Positions 63,561 through 64,000 of a DNA stretch of 64,000 bases are shown piece by piece. Position numbers and translations under genes: made by a program. This DNA comes from Uloborus diversus (Eukaryota), in contig NC_072740.1 of assembly GCF_026930045.1 (NCBI RefSeq), forward strand, positions 29,428,384-29,492,383. Reading direction: 5' to 3'. The notes beneath the pieces were generated by a model, which saw only the letters and a program-made list of their open reading frames with translations, did no database searches and was not told where the DNA came from. Position 1 is the first letter of the stretch. Each line of letters starts with the position of its first letter.

Positions 63561-63989
63561 TTAGTTTTTTGACTCCGAAGCCCTTAAAATTAATCCACTA
63601 ACCATTTTGACCCCTGTAGAGCTCAGATGCAGGCCATCCCTAGCAATCCAATCCTGTTTACAATGACTCCATACATCAATGAACCTGATACTGCGCTTTT
63701 CGCAAATTGACTTCAGTAGCAAGTTCATACACCTCGCACGTTGATTTAGCCAGCTCCTATGCACTCCATACCTGGGAAGCAAACCAACCACTTGGACATT
63801 CGTCGAAAAGCTGGTTGCTTTATCCAACAGGGATTCCCATTCCCTAGAAAACTCCTCATTTTTACTGTGACCTACATCATTTGTTCCCACCCACAAAGTA
63901 ACCATGTCCTCCTTATGCAATACTCCCTTCTTTTCCGCAACCATATTAACGTCTTTTACCCGAGCCCCTGGTAAACAACACCTAGCCAC
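63561..63989 (-). CDS. LINE ORF1 with SGNH/GDSL esterase-like domain (142 aa)
   Basis: The ..VTLWVGTNDVGHS.. block resembles SGNH hydrolase block III (GxND). An esterase ORF1 is a known feature of CR1/L2-type elements. The ORF ends 53 bp upstream of the ORF2 ATG. Confidence 0.6.
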   Translation of the reverse strand: MARCCLPGARVKDVNMVAEKKGVLHKEDMVTLWVGTNDVGHSKNEEFSREWESLLDKATSFSTNVQVVGLLPRYGVHRSWLNQRARCMNLLLKSICEKRSIRFIDVWSHCKQDWIARDGLHLSSTGVKMVSGLILRASESKN

Positions 63990-64000
63990 CTTACGCTTTA

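Larger units (their letters stand above)
60567..64000 (-). mobile_element. Full-length-looking CR1/L2-clade non-LTR retrotransposon (LINE), 5' end beyond window
   Basis: ORF1 and ORF2 are arranged in the canonical order on the minus strand. The 3'UTR is about 85 nt and ends in a (TTTGTA)n microsatellite tail, which on the plus strand is tacaaatacaaatatacaaatacaaatg at 60567-60594. This is typical of CR1/L2 3' ends. Confidence 0.8.

Noticed and set aside
1-64000. Prokaryotic-style features (operons, CRISPR, defence islands, phage)
   Set aside because: The sequence has eukaryotic hallmarks throughout: GT-AG introns, TA and 8 bp TSD transposons, LINEs and microsatellites. It has no dense ORF packing and no direct-repeat/spacer arrays.

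Overview
This is an AT-rich (about two-thirds A+T) eukaryotic, probably invertebrate animal, genomic window. It contains no prokaryotic operons, CRISPR arrays, rRNA genes or bona fide tRNA genes. It is a transposon-saturated stretch of a large-intron gene on the + strand whose conserved exons encode a TROVE-domain protein resembling telomerase-associated protein 1 (TEP1); exons A-H lie between about 22.9 kb and 47.0 kb and a further exon J at 57.5 kb, with exons H and J separated by a 10.5 kb intron. Five N-terminal micro-exons each encode one short Ala/Pro/Phe-Gly-rich module and are separated by 4-6 kb introns. The introns carry a dense set of mobile elements. (1) A 4.3 kb long-TIR DNA transposon (about 160 bp TIRs starting CAGGGTG) contains a decayed hAT/ZMYM1-type transposase gene with a TATA-box promoter and an internal 295 bp tandem duplication. 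(2) Three non-autonomous relatives share the CAGGGTG terminus. (3) A 6.4 kb Tc1-like element (TA-flanked, 30 bp TIRs) has its transposase gene broken by three nested hAT insertions, each with a perfect 8 bp target-site duplication. (4) There are two more Tc1/mariner pseudogene copies, a mariner fragment, a piggyBac-like TTAA-flanked MITE and several other MITEs. (5) A full-length CR1/L2-clade LINE lies on the - strand from 60.6 kb to beyond the window end. It has an uninterrupted 951-aa ORF2 (AP-endonuclease plus RT plus CR1-type C-terminal domain), an esterase-like ORF1 and a (TTTGTA)n 3' tail, so it looks potentially active. An older 5'-truncated copy of the same family sits at 54.9-55.5 kb. 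Several intronic tandem arrays and unusual G/C homopolymer runs are also present. All gene and domain assignments rest on my reading of the translations; no database searches were possible.
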